A DNA stretch of 64,000 bases from an uncultured Candidatus Saccharibacteria bacterium. Its GTDB lineage: Bacteria > Patescibacteriota > Minisyncoccia > Phycocordibacterales > JAKAEA01. The notes below the pieces were generated by a model. That model had not been told where the DNA came from. It was given only the letters and a program-made list of their open reading frames with translations, and made no database searches. Made by a program: the position numbers and the translations under genes. The DNA lies in NCBI GenBank assembly GCA_964532205.1, contig CAZHGQ010000005.1, forward strand, positions 1,520-65,519, given 5' to 3'. This document shows positions 16,779 through 26,685 of this stretch, piece after piece. Each line of letters starts with the position of its first letter. The first letter of the stretch is position 1.

Positions 16779-17572
16779 TGAAAGTCAATTTAAAAAAAGG
16801 TTTTACATTGGTTGAGATCATGGTCGTGGTTTCGATCATTAGCTTTATTAGTAGTATTCTTTCACTCAACCTGGCTCAAGCCAGAGCTAAGGCTCAGGAT
16901 ACAGTGCGTGTGGCTGATGTGCGCTCACTTAAAACTGCCGTAGCGGCATACAAATTGGATCATGATGGTTCAGCGCCACCGATGCCAGCCGGTGTTTCCG
17001 TACCAATTACAGATTCGAGTCCAAGTTTTGCTTCCACACTTGCTCCTTTGATTAGTGGTAAATATTTATCATCGCTACCAAGTGGTCAAGGTGTCTTTTA
17101 CTTTAATGCCGGGAAGGGTAGTGGTAATGAAGATGCAGTAGTTATTGGTACAACACTGAGCACTGTGCCACCATCTACGACTGGTACTGGCGGTACCTGC
17201 CGACCTTTCAATCAGGGTGGTAATAATATTGCTTCAAATTGTACCGTTAGTTACGGGTATATTACCTGTACACCACAACAAAATCAGAATCCAAATCCAG
17301 AATGTAACAATAGTGTTCCAAACAATGGTGATGGAAATCCACTCGATCAAGTTGCTCAGGAAGCTTGTTTATATGATCAGGAGTATGTGCAAAATTACGA
17401 CAGTGAAACACCGACCCAGTGTAATGACGGCATGGATAATGACAGCGATGGCAAAATAGATTACCCACTCGATACTGGCTGCGCTTCTATCAATGATAAT
17501 AATGAAACTGATGTTCCAGCGGCTTACTGCAGCAATTCAGTAGCTAATACTGACTATTGTCTATGTCTATAA
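16778..17572 (+). CDS. Type IV pilin/GspG-like protein with Cys/Asp-rich C-terminal extension
   Basis: KKG|FTLVEIMVV; CNDGMDNDSDGKIDYPLDTGC motif. Confidence 0.88.
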   Translation: MKVNLKKGFTLVEIMVVVSIISFISSILSLNLAQARAKAQDTVRVADVRSLKTAVAAYKLDHDGSAPPMPAGVSVPITDSSPSFASTLAPLISGKYLSSLPSGQGVFYFNAGKGSGNEDAVVIGTTLSTVPPSTTGTGGTCRPFNQGGNNIASNCTVSYGYITCTPQQNQNPNPECNNSVPNNGDGNPLDQVAQEACLYDQEYVQNYDSETPTQCNDGMDNDSDGKIDYPLDTGCASINDNNETDVPAAYCSNSVANTDYCLCL

Positions 17573-17584
17573 CATTTTAATCTC

Positions 17585-17803
17585 ATGAAAAAACATCTTA
17601 AACACCATATCCACAAACATCGCCAGCGTTCAGCTAAGGCGGAAGGGTTGCTGGTTGTGTTGACGGTAATTCTTTTCGCAGCTTCATTTGTGATCTTTTC
17701 GTACACCAATGTTTATATAAATTCACCTCAGCAAGGGAGATTGATGGATCCGAAGGTCTACAAACAGTTAACGGCTAAAAATTACGTGACACCACAAAAT
17801 TAA
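17585..17803 (+). CDS. Small single-TM hypothetical protein
   Basis: His/Lys-rich N-terminus plus TM helix; followed by terminator 17806-17836. Confidence 0.6.
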   Translation: MKKHLKHHIHKHRQRSAKAEGLLVVLTVILFAASFVIFSYTNVYINSPQQGRLMDPKVYKQLTAKNYVTPQN

Positions 17804-17909
17804 CTAAAACCGCGCGGCGCAGCCGCGCGGTTTTTTATGTCCACAGCGGTTTACCTCTAAGCTAAGGTATAATTATAAGGTTAGATTATTGTCAATTTAT
17901 CATTAATCC

Positions 17910-20831
17910 ATGAGACAAAAATTAATTATTGGCCTCAGTATCGCAGTTGTGCTTTTTGTTGGTTTTATTACGACGTACACATTCAGTCTAAAGTTAAAAG
18001 AGGGCGCAGTGCCGTCATCGTCACTCACGGCGAGTGTTGCTGAAGCTCTACAACTTCAACTCAATGTTGGTTGGAGTCGTTTTTCACCACAAGGCGGTCA
18101 GAATGTGATCTATGTCTCAAGTTCACAAGGTAATGACAATAACGACGGTCTCTCTCAGTTAACCCCTGTCAAAACTCTGGCCAAAGGCCAGTCACTGATT
18201 CGCTCAAATCACAGTGACTGGATGGTCTTGCGGCGTGGCGATGTTTGGGATGAAAGTTTTGGCACGTGGACTCGCAGTGGTACGTCAGCCGATAACCCAG
18301 TCGTAATTTCAAGTTATGGCACAGGTCCACGTCCGCTGGTGAATGTTCGCAACGGTCAAAGCGCTTTGGCACTTAGAAATGCCGGCGTCAACAATTTTGC
18401 CATGATCGGTATTCACATTCGTTCTTATCAGGAAAAGAATAAAAAACAAGAGAAGGGTATTAGTTTGCCTGGTAATTACCAAAATATTTACCTTGATGAC
18501 ATGTTCATCGAAGGCTTTACTGGTAATGTTGTGACAGAAACCTGCGAGACGTGTGTGCGAAAAAATCTAGTCATCACTCACTCAATTATTGCCAATGCCT
18601 ATAACCCAGAGGGTAATGCCAGTGGTATTTTTATCACCTCAACAGATGGCATCAAAGTTGAAGACAGTATCTTCTATCATAATGGTTGGAATAACGGTAA
18701 TGTAAGTTATGATCCTACAGCGCGTAGAACTGCCGCAACAGAATTTAATCAAGGTCTCTATCTTTCACACAACAATACAGCCAATACAATCGTTCGTAAT
18801 AATGTTATTGCTGATACTGCCAATGGCGGTGTTTGGTTGCGTCGTGGTGGTTTGGCTGAAAACAACTTCTTTGTTCGCAATACTAACGCACTACTCGTGG
18901 CCATTGGTCCAAACACGGTGCGTAACAACGTTATTGTTGAGGGTGTAAATAATATTGATGGAAATAAGGTTGGTGGTATTGAAACTAAGCCAACAAATAC
19001 AGGTACAGTTTTTGAAAATAACTTGATTGTCAATTCTGCCAAAAACACCGGAAGTGGGTTTAAGGCCGTCGGGTCATTCGATTTCGGTTATGGTGAAGAC
19101 TATGCTAAATCATTGATTACTCGTTACAGTTTTACCTTTAAAAATAATACTATCTATAATGCTGGTGTTGGTCTAAATGTTGGTACTCGCTCTATTGCCG
19201 GTGGTGATATTTTGGGTAATATATTTATCGAAAAGCGAGATCAGGCGCCCGTACCGACTGGTTACGCACCGGTTGGTGCCTGTTCGGATCTTGGCGGCGG
19301 CGGTCTGCATTTAACCGTAGCTGGCAACACATTCTATTGTCCAAATTCAACAAACAAGTTCGTGATTACGAACGTACCGAAAACATTTAGCGAATATTCA
19401 ACTGCAGTCGGTGATACGACAAACCGTGAAGCGGATGTGACATTCGCTGATCCAAACCGCAGTATTAATAACTATGTTTCCGGTGGTTATGATGCATTCG
19501 TCCGAGGGTTACTGAATCAGTCGATAGATCGTTGGGATGAGAAATTCAGTGCCGCATCTCTTAATACATATTTCCGTGAAGCTTTTAAAACCAAATCAAA
19601 GACAGATAATCCGAAAGAGCCCGATGGTACAACTACACCACCGACTAAGCCTAGTTCAATTACCTTACTTACTCCAAACGGTGGTGAAACAATTTCAATT
19701 GGCGATACAGTGAATGTGACCTGGAAATCAACAGAACTTCCGGCTGACTCTACAGTTCGCATCTCACTCTATAAGGGTGTGGAATTGGTAAGTACTTTGG
19801 CCACGGTAACAAATAGCGGTAGTTATTCATGGCAAGTTGGCGAACGACCCGAGGGTTTTGATTACTCTATCCGCGTGACTTCGACTAAATCCGATATGCT
19901 GAAAGATAATAGCGACCGACCGTTCATGATAAATAAGTTGGCACCACCAGAAACAAAAATTACTGTTACATCACCAAACGGAAATGAAAACGTGACAGTT
20001 GGTAGTACTGTCAATATTACCTGGAGCTCACTGACATTTGATAAAGACGCTCATGTCCGAATTAGTTTGTACAAAGCTGGTGTACAAGTAAGTACTATTG
20101 TTGCTGACACATATAACTATGGTACATATACTTGGACTGTTGGGGATCGCGAAACAGCAAGTGATTACAAGATTCGAATCACTTCAATCTCAAAACCAAC
20201 TGTTTACGATGAGAGTGATTTAGTATTCACAATTACCAAACCATTACCGCCAAGTATTACAGTACAATCACCGAATGGTGGGGAAGCCTGGTCAATTGGT
20301 GATGCTGTCCAAATTCGTTGGTCAACAGTAAGTCTGCCTTCAACTGCTACTGTCAGAATTAGTTTGTACAAAGCTGGTGTACAGGTTTCAACTCTAGTTG
20401 ATAGCTATGCCAATGTCGGTGTCTTCAATTGGAACATTGCTGATCGCCCAACAGGCAGTGATTACACAGTACGTGTGACGTCGACATCTGACACAACTAT
20501 CAAGGATGAAAGTAATGCAACATTTACCATCAATCCCGCACCTCAGCCGTCGATCACTGTCACATCACCAAATGGTGGCGAAACAATTAAGATTGGCTCA
20601 ACCGTACCTATTAGCTGGACATCAACTCGAGTTTCAAACAATGTCCGTATTAGTTTGTACAAAAATGGTACATATGTAAAAACCATTGCTTCCGATGTGG
20701 CAAACAATGGTTCATACTCATGGACTGTTGGTAGTGAAACTGCAACGTCAGGTTATGCAATTCGCGTGACATCAAGTGCTGATGATCAGCTTCGTGATAT
20801 GAGTAATGGTACGTTTACCATTACGAAGTAG
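17910..20831 (+). CDS. Surface protein: right-handed beta-helix plus four Ser/Thr-rich Ig-like repeats
   Basis: N-terminal anchor, IYVSSSQGNDNNDGLS..PVKTL, Asn-ladder beta-helix; four ITxxxPNGxE...W repeats. Confidence 0.82.
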   Translation: MRQKLIIGLSIAVVLFVGFITTYTFSLKLKEGAVPSSSLTASVAEALQLQLNVGWSRFSPQGGQNVIYVSSSQGNDNNDGLSQLTPVKTLAKGQSLIRSNHSDWMVLRRGDVWDESFGTWTRSGTSADNPVVISSYGTGPRPLVNVRNGQSALALRNAGVNNFAMIGIHIRSYQEKNKKQEKGISLPGNYQNIYLDDMFIEGFTGNVVTETCETCVRKNLVITHSIIANAYNPEGNASGIFITSTDGIKVEDSIFYHNGWNNGNVSYDPTARRTAATEFNQGLYLSHNNTANTIVRNNVIADTANGGVWLRRGGLAENNFFVRNTNALLVAIGPNTVRNNVIVEGVNNIDGNKVGGIETKPTNTGTVFENNLIVNSAKNTGSGFKAVGSFDFGYGEDYAKSLITRYSFTFKNNTIYNAGVGLNVGTRSIAGGDILGNIFIEKRDQAPVPTGYAPVGACSDLGGGGLHLTVAGNTFYCPNSTNKFVITNVPKTFSEYSTAVGDTTNREADVTFADPNRSINNYVSGGYDAFVRGLLNQSIDRWDEKFSAASLNTYFREAFKTKSKTDNPKEPDGTTTPPTKPSSITLLTPNGGETISIGDTVNVTWKSTELPADSTVRISLYKGVELVSTLATVTNSGSYSWQVGERPEGFDYSIRVTSTKSDMLKDNSDRPFMINKLAPPETKITVTSPNGNENVTVGSTVNITWSSLTFDKDAHVRISLYKAGVQVSTIVADTYNYGTYTWTVGDRETASDYKIRITSISKPTVYDESDLVFTITKPLPPSITVQSPNGGEAWSIGDAVQIRWSTVSLPSTATVRISLYKAGVQVSTLVDSYANVGVFNWNIADRPTGSDYTVRVTSTSDTTIKDESNATFTINPAPQPSITVTSPNGGETIKIGSTVPISWTSTRVSNNVRISLYKNGTYVKTIASDVANNGSYSWTVGSETATSGYAIRVTSSADDQLRDMSNGTFTITK

Positions 20832-21326
20832 TTAAGAACTTTTAAAGCCATTTAGCAAAGCTTCGGCTTGGCTGGCTAAGTCCATAAAGCCCCCCATTTC
20901 TTGAATTGTGAGATGGCGGGGCTTTGTGTCTTTAATGCAAAACACACCTAAGGGTAATCCTGAGACTGAATCAATAAGAGCCATGCCAGCATAGAATCGA
21001 ATGTGAGGTTCCCCAGTCACGTAGGGGTTATTCTTGAATCGCTCATCAAGTAGGGTGTCTTCTACAACGAACACGTCTTCTGCAAGCATGGCGTAGCTAC
21101 AGAAAGCAATTTCACGCGGCCCTTCCTTATTTGAAATTCCCTGACACGACTTATACCACTCTCGATCTTTATCGATAATTGAGATTGTTGAAATTGGTAC
21201 ACTGAGGAGTTTTGTGGCTTGTGAGGTAATAGCGTCAAAACGCGGATCTTGTTTTGAGTCTAAAATACCTTTGGCATAAAGAGCCTTAAGGCGTTGTGAC
21301 TCATGCGGATGGAGTAGTGTTGTCAT
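20832..21326 (-). CDS. Stand-alone GAF domain protein
   Basis: ESQRLKAL, FCSYA, VEDTLLDERF, NPYV, IRFYAG, GVFCIKD. Confidence 0.9.
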   Translation of the reverse strand: MTTLLHPHESQRLKALYAKGILDSKQDPRFDAITSQATKLLSVPISTISIIDKDREWYKSCQGISNKEGPREIAFCSYAMLAEDVFVVEDTLLDERFKNNPYVTGEPHIRFYAGMALIDSVSGLPLGVFCIKDTKPRHLTIQEMGGFMDLASQAEALLNGFKSS

Positions 21327-21784
21327 GTTTTTTTAGGATTATTAATAACTGTTTCAACTCCTACAAAAAAACGGATTTCGCCAGTAGTATCCAAGACAGG
21401 GGAAATTTGTAAAAGTGCGTCATATATTGTTCCGTCTTTATGTTTGTTTTTAACAGTAACTTTATACGATTCCTTTTTAACCTTTATGGTATGCCACAAA
21501 ACTTTGTAAAATTCTGGTGACATTTGTCCACCCCACAGTGACGGTTTTTGACCAATCACTTCTGAGAGGGAGTAGCCGGTTGTGCGCTCAACTGCGCCGT
21601 TGGTGTAAAGAATTACACCCTCTGGATTAGTTACAATAACTTGCTCATCCATTTTCTCGCACATGATATTGAGCGAGCCGCAGCGGGTGCATTTAATCTC
21701 AATAGCACCGTGACCTTGGTCTTTAGCCAAAAGTTTGCCGCATTTGGTGCAGCGAATATCAAGATCTTTTTGAGGAGTTGTCAT
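21323..21784 (-). CDS. Com-like zinc ribbon fused to a PAS domain
   Basis: IRCTKCGKLL..IEIKCTRCG followed by ILYTN..TTGYS..EVIG..NKHKDG PAS/PAC. Confidence 0.82.
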   Translation of the reverse strand: MTTPQKDLDIRCTKCGKLLAKDQGHGAIEIKCTRCGSLNIMCEKMDEQVIVTNPEGVILYTNGAVERTTGYSLSEVIGQKPSLWGGQMSPEFYKVLWHTIKVKKESYKVTVKNKHKDGTIYDALLQISPVLDTTGEIRFFVGVETVINNPKKT

Positions 21785-21881
21785 CTTTGCTCTTTTTAGA
21801 GCTTCGTGAGCTTCTTGTTTTTGAGTATAACACATTGGTTATATATGCCTAGTTACGCAACAGCTTTACTGTTGCGTATGT

Positions 21882-21915
21882 AAAACCCCGGCAGCGCGTA
21901 TGCGCTGCCGGGGTT
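21882..21915 (-). terminator. Intrinsic terminator
   Basis: AAAACCCCGGCAGCGC-GTAT-GCGCTGCCGGGGTT. Confidence 0.78.
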
Positions 21916-21919
21916 GGTG

Positions 21920-22237
21920 TTAGGCCTCAATCCCGTAATTGTCCCAGTCATTCATCCGTTCCAAGTTTGTGGTGGTATCGTTGCGTTGAATTTTGTACGC
22001 ACCTTGGAACGATTTCTTGCCGACGAGATTCACTCTGATAAACAGAGCTTCAGTCTCGTGGACGGTATCGGTAAAGATCGAGATGTTGTGGATCTGGTAG
22101 AACTTTTTGGGTAACAAGTGTTCGTTGACCAAATTAGTAACGGCCATCCAGACCAGCTCGTCATGTTCTTTCAACGAATTGTCACGAATGACAGTAACAT
22201 CATGAAGCCAATCTTGTGGTGAGAGAAACTTGGGCAT
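21920..22237 (-). CDS. Hypothetical protein (SD-led orphan)
   Basis: 105 aa ORF with AAAGGAGG SD and downstream hairpin. Confidence 0.7.
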   Translation of the reverse strand: MPKFLSPQDWLHDVTVIRDNSLKEHDELVWMAVTNLVNEHLLPKKFYQIHNISIFTDTVHETEALFIRVNLVGKKSFQGAYKIQRNDTTTNLERMNDWDNYGIEA

Positions 22238-22300
22238 ATTGCCTCCTTTAAAAGATAAAATCCTGGGCTATAGTAGCGCGTTTGATATACTTAGTCCAGT

Positions 22301-23134
22301 ATGAAAAACTCTAAGCAGGGAATAGCTCCATTATTAGTAATAGTCGTTGGTTTGGTAATTATTGGTGCGGGGTATTTATTTTTTCAAAAACAATCTCCTC
22401 AAAATGAAATTGAGAACGTGAAGAAATATTTTCCAGATGCGATCGGTAGTTTCACGCTCTATGGTCGTAATCCAGAAAAAATTCGAATGACTATTGAATG
22501 TGAAAAATTGCAAGATCACCCCGACTCAAAGGGTTCGGGTTTGCAAGGTGAAATTTGTGGCAGGTCAATAATTGGTGAATATCGTGACTCCAATACAAAC
22601 AAGGTTGTGTTTGTGCATTTAGCTCAATTTACATCGGGTAAGAGGGTGTATAAAGAATTTATTGAGAAGTCGGTAAAAAAAGATGTATTAAATGGCCAAA
22701 ATATTTTTCGAATTGAGCGCCCAGAAATTGGTTGGTTTCCAGCACAGACGTTTGGCGCAATAATTACCCAGGAAGGAGTAGTAAAAACTGAAGCCGATGG
22801 TGGTGAAAATATTGGATATAGTTACACAGGTGTCGCAACTGGCAATAATCCAGTGCTTAAATATTTTATTGAAAAGTATCCGCCAGGCACTTCTGATTCA
22901 GACAGCGATATACCTGAACGAGTACTCAGCAGTCTTATGTGTAAAGACAGCGATGATGGTTTGGATTACTACACCAAAGGTACCGTAAGGTGCCCTGGAT
23001 CAACATATACCGATTACTGCCAAGTAAATGACGTACCCAACACATTGATTGAATATGTTTCAAATGGTAATAGTGTCGGTACGCCATCATATGTTTGTCC
23101 AAATGGCTGTCGTGATGGTGCGTGTGTTAAATAA
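22301..23134 (+). CDS. Membrane-anchored hypothetical protein with Cys-rich C-terminal module
   Basis: KQG|IAPLLV pilin-like leader; CKDSDDGLDYYTKG...DYC...CPNGCRDGAC. Confidence 0.72.
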   Translation: MKNSKQGIAPLLVIVVGLVIIGAGYLFFQKQSPQNEIENVKKYFPDAIGSFTLYGRNPEKIRMTIECEKLQDHPDSKGSGLQGEICGRSIIGEYRDSNTNKVVFVHLAQFTSGKRVYKEFIEKSVKKDVLNGQNIFRIERPEIGWFPAQTFGAIITQEGVVKTEADGGENIGYSYTGVATGNNPVLKYFIEKYPPGTSDSDSDIPERVLSSLMCKDSDDGLDYYTKGTVRCPGSTYTDYCQVNDVPNTLIEYVSNGNSVGTPSYVCPNGCRDGACVK

Positions 23135-23140
23135 TTTTTG

Positions 23141-23527
23141 TGGAGATGGCGGGAATCGAACCCGCGTGCATGAGGTGTTCTTAGATATATCTACAGCGTC
23201 TAGTTTATCTCTTTGACCAAAGTCAATTTAAGTTAGTCGGATATGGGATAAACAAAATTTCCGAAAAACCGATTCTCATTTAGTTCGGCAGAAACAGAGA
23301 ACAGAAGCTGCCTAACCTGGCTTGATTACACCGGGACTAAACGCACCAGATTTGCGCTTAGGCGATGTCGCTTAGGCTAAAGCGTAAGCGAATTGAAAGT
23401 TCTTACTTGAAAAGTAAGGTGACTTTACAGAAGATTTTGCACTTCAGATTTCCGTCAGATTTAAGAGTTAACGGTGCTCTACGTTGCATAGATAAGATAC
23501 GGACTCATGTCTAGGCCGATCATCCCC
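23141..23527 (-). ncRNA. ssrA: tmRNA
   Basis: 5' GGGGATG pairs with 3' CATCTCC-A giving G3.U70; T-arm GGGTTCGATTCCC; tag ORF AKSSVKSPYFSSKNFQFAYALA* at 23440-23372; adjacent to smpB. Confidence 0.95.
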
Positions 23528-23580
23528 AGTATGTTTTCAATCGTTTTGTTTTTGTGTAGGCCACGGGTATATATGTGGTG

Positions 23581-23627
23581 GCAACCTCGCAAAAGTGACA
23601 ACTTTTTTGTCACTTTTGCGAGGTTGC
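23581..23627. repeat. Perfect 21-bp inverted repeat
   Basis: GCAACCTCGCAAAAGTGACAA-CTTTT-TTGTCACTTTTGCGAGGTTGC. Confidence 0.85.
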
Positions 23628-23711
23628 GAAAAGGTGTCTGCCAAACCTACAGCAAAATAATGCAGATTAAAAAAATACTACGAATGATCGAAACTAACAC
23701 GTATTCAATTT

Positions 23712-24149
23712 TCAACGATCTGTGAATTCGCGGCGAACATCACGCTCGACATCTCTCTTCTTAATAGACTCGCGTTTGTCGAATTTCTTTTTGCCGCGAA
23801 CGGTAGCAATTTCTACCTTAATGTGACGCCCTTTATTATACACTAAAAGTGGCACTATTGTCAAACCTTGTTCATGGCCAACTAGAGCCTTAATTTCGGC
23901 TTTTGTTAAAAGCAGTTTACGTGGGCGTAAAGGATCGGATTCGGGACCGTTATTTTGCTGGTAGGGTGAAACATACATGTTTTGCAGCCAGACTTGTGTG
24001 CCTTCGACTATAATATATGAGCCATCGAGCGAACCTTGACCAGCACGAATAGACTTGACCTCGGTGCCGGTCAATTCGATGCCGGCTTCGTAACGGTTAA
24101 GTATTTCGTAGTTAAAAGTAGCTTTGCGGTTGTGAATCAGGGTACTCAT
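23712..24149 (-). CDS. smpB: SsrA-binding protein
   Basis: NRKATFNY, EAGIELTGTEVKSIR, RKLLL, GKKKFDKRE. Confidence 0.97.
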   Translation of the reverse strand: MSTLIHNRKATFNYEILNRYEAGIELTGTEVKSIRAGQGSLDGSYIIVEGTQVWLQNMYVSPYQQNNGPESDPLRPRKLLLTKAEIKALVGHEQGLTIVPLLVYNKGRHIKVEIATVRGKKKFDKRESIKKRDVERDVRREFTDR

Positions 24150-24217
24150 GCGTCTATCATAGCAAATAGGGGAAATTAATGTATAATAACACTTCAATTA
24201 ACCATTAACGTAATATT

Positions 24218-26131
24218 ATGAACGAACCTCAGTTAAAGAGCCCAAAACCGGCCCCTCAGAAAGGTGGTCAGTTCGCGCGAAACCTGATTTTGGGCATATT
24301 TATATTGCTTATTTTGGCTAGCCTCTACTCAGTTATTGTTGATGGTCGAAGTAAAACGACTGAGATCTCAATTTCTCAATTAGCCTCTGATATTTCGGCT
24401 GGTAAGGTGGTGAGTGTGACGGTCAGTGGTACGGATTTGGAAGTTCACTACGATACCAAGGGTGAAGTGGTTAAAAAAGCCAAAAAAGAAACTGAAACAT
24501 CGTTGACAGATACGTTGGTGAATTATGGTGTGACACCGGCTCAGCTTTCGAAGGTGGCAATTGGTGTACAAGGGGATTCTGGTTTTAGTTACTGGTTATC
24601 CAATTTATTGTTGCCGATAATTTTGCCACTTATTTTGATTATTGTGATTGCTTGGTTCATTACTCGACAGGTACGCGGGGCTGGTATGCAAGCTTTTACC
24701 TTCGGTCAATCGAAAGCCCGCATTATTTCGCCTGACGATAAAAAACAGCGCGTGACGTTTAAGGATGTGGCGGGCGCTAAGGAGGCGAAAGAGGAACTAG
24801 CCGAGATCGTGGATTTTTTGCGCAACCCAAAGAAGTTTTTGGAAATTGGCGCCCGCATTCCAAAAGGTATTTTGCTCATGGGTGCGCCGGGTACTGGTAA
24901 AACACTGCTCGCTCGAGCGGTTGCCGGTGAAGCTCAGGTGGCATTCTTCTCAATTTCAGGTTCTGAATTCGTAGAAATGTTCGTGGGTGTCGGCGCTTCA
25001 CGTGTGCGCGATCTGTTTAAATTAGCTAAACAAGCAGCACCAGCCATTATTTTCGTTGATGAAATTGATGCTGTGGGTCGTGTACGTGGTACTGGTGTTG
25101 GTGGTGGTAATGATGAACGTGAACAAACGCTCAATCAGATTCTGGTAGAAATGGATGGTTTTGAACCAAATGAAAAAGTGATCGTTATGGCTGCAACTAA
25201 CCGTCCTGATGTTCTTGACCCAGCCTTGCTTCGTCCAGGCCGCTTTGACCGTCGTGTAACTATTGATCCGCCAGATCGCCACGATCGCGAAGAAATTTTG
25301 AAAATACACGCTCGAGAAAAACCATTTGCTGAAGATGTGAATTTGTCAGTTATTGCTGAGCGCACACCTGGTTTTTCTGGTGCTGATTTGTACTCACTTA
25401 TGAATGAAGGTGCAATCTTGGCAGCTCGGGAAAATCGCAAAAAGGTTTCGCAGTATGACCTTATTCGCTCAATTGAAAAAGTAATGCTCGGACCAGAACG
25501 TCGCAGTCATATTTTGAGCAAGAAGGAAAAAGAGGTCACGGCTTATCATGAAGCTGGTCACGCTTTGGTGGCGTCAGTTTTGGCAAATGCTGATCCGGTT
25601 CATAAAATCTCGATCATCTCTCGTGGTCGCGCGGCTGGTTATACATTGAAGTTACCGCTTGAAGATCGAAAATTGCAAACCAAAAAAGAATTTTTGGATG
25701 ATATAGCTATGAGTTTGGGTGGTTATGTGACTGAAAAGATGGTCTTTGGTGATGTGACAACTGGTCCGTCAAATGACCTGCAGGTTTCAACGGCTATGGC
25801 TCGTAGCATGGTCGCTCGTTACGGTATGTCTGAAAAACTTGGTGCCATGGCTTTTGAAGGTGATGGTGGCCGTGGGGCTTTCGGTGGTCGGGCTATCGAA
25901 GGTAAAGAGTACTCAGAAAAAACCGGCAATGACATTGATGATGAGGTTTCGCGCATTATGACTGAAGCTTATAAGCGGGCTGAAGAGGCAATTACTACTC
26001 ATCGTGGTCTGTTGGATGTCATTGCTAAACGTCTCATTGAAGTTGAAACTATTGAACGTGAAGAATTTGATAAAATTCTGGTTGCTCACGGTATTCAATT
26101 AAAAAAGAAATCGGAGGTTGAAACGTCTTAG
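24218..26131 (+). CDS. ftsH: ATP-dependent zinc metalloprotease FtsH
   Basis: Two TMs, [20 protein letters not shown]. Confidence 0.98.
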   Translation: MNEPQLKSPKPAPQKGGQFARNLILGIFILLILASLYSVIVDGRSKTTEISISQLASDISAGKVVSVTVSGTDLEVHYDTKGEVVKKAKKETETSLTDTLVNYGVTPAQLSKVAIGVQGDSGFSYWLSNLLLPIILPLILIIVIAWFITRQVRGAGMQAFTFGQSKARIISPDDKKQRVTFKDVAGAKEAKEELAEIVDFLRNPKKFLEIGARIPKGILLMGAPGTGKTLLARAVAGEAQVAFFSISGSEFVEMFVGVGASRVRDLFKLAKQAAPAIIFVDEIDAVGRVRGTGVGGGNDEREQTLNQILVEMDGFEPNEKVIVMAATNRPDVLDPALLRPGRFDRRVTIDPPDRHDREEILKIHAREKPFAEDVNLSVIAERTPGFSGADLYSLMNEGAILAARENRKKVSQYDLIRSIEKVMLGPERRSHILSKKEKEVTAYHEAGHALVASVLANADPVHKISIISRGRAAGYTLKLPLEDRKLQTKKEFLDDIAMSLGGYVTEKMVFGDVTTGPSNDLQVSTAMARSMVARYGMSEKLGAMAFEGDGGRGAFGGRAIEGKEYSEKTGNDIDDEVSRIMTEAYKRAEEAITTHRGLLDVIAKRLIEVETIEREEFDKILVAHGIQLKKKSEVETS

Positions 26132-26153
26132 CAAACAGAGTATAGTGATCGCT

Positions 26154-26471
26154 ATGGAAACAAAAAATCCATCAGAAACAAATCAGTTCGATACTCACCA
26201 TATTCAGGGTAAGATTGAATTGATCGAAAAAGGTTTACCAATTGATATTTCCGAAGAAGAATTGCGTGCCTTAGAAGATTCGCTGCGTGGAGCGCGAAGT
26301 TTTTACTTGGACATCTTAACACCATTGCAAACTGCGATGGAGAAGGGAGATACAAGCGTTGAGGCTGATTACGTAGAGGAAAGCAAGAACTTAACAGCCG
26401 TGGAGGTGGCCTTGAGAAAGATTGACGAATTTCGTTCGCTACATTGGAAGCAGATTAAGAATGCGGCTTAG
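26154..26471 (+). CDS. Hypothetical acidic coiled-coil protein
   Basis: TATAGT just upstream of ATG; terminator at 26487-26518. Confidence 0.6.
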   Translation: METKNPSETNQFDTHHIQGKIELIEKGLPIDISEEELRALEDSLRGARSFYLDILTPLQTAMEKGDTSVEADYVEESKNLTAVEVALRKIDEFRSLHWKQIKNAA

Positions 26472-26562
26472 GTAGTGAGAGAGTGTAACCGCGCGTCCCT
26501 TCGGGACGCGCGGTTTTTGATTGCTTAAAGGGCCTCATTGCAGTATAAATACGTATATCCAC

Positions 26563-26635
26563 GCGCCCGTAGCTCAGTTGGTAGAGCAGCCGTCTTATAC
26601 ACGGCCGGTCCATGGTTCGAGTCCATGCGGGCGCA
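26563..26635 (+). tRNA. tRNA-Ile (UAU)
   Basis: Cloverleaf GCGCCCG/CGGGCGC; anticodon arm GCCGT-CT TAT AC-ACGGC. Confidence 0.93.
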
Positions 26636-26685
26636 CAATATTCCATCTGTTACCTCAAAAGACCCCGGGCCGTAGTATATATGTT

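Noticed and set aside
26521-26685. ORF-track N-terminal extension of the 531-aa protein
   Set aside because: Overlaps tRNA-Ile; the signal peptide begins at ATG 26686
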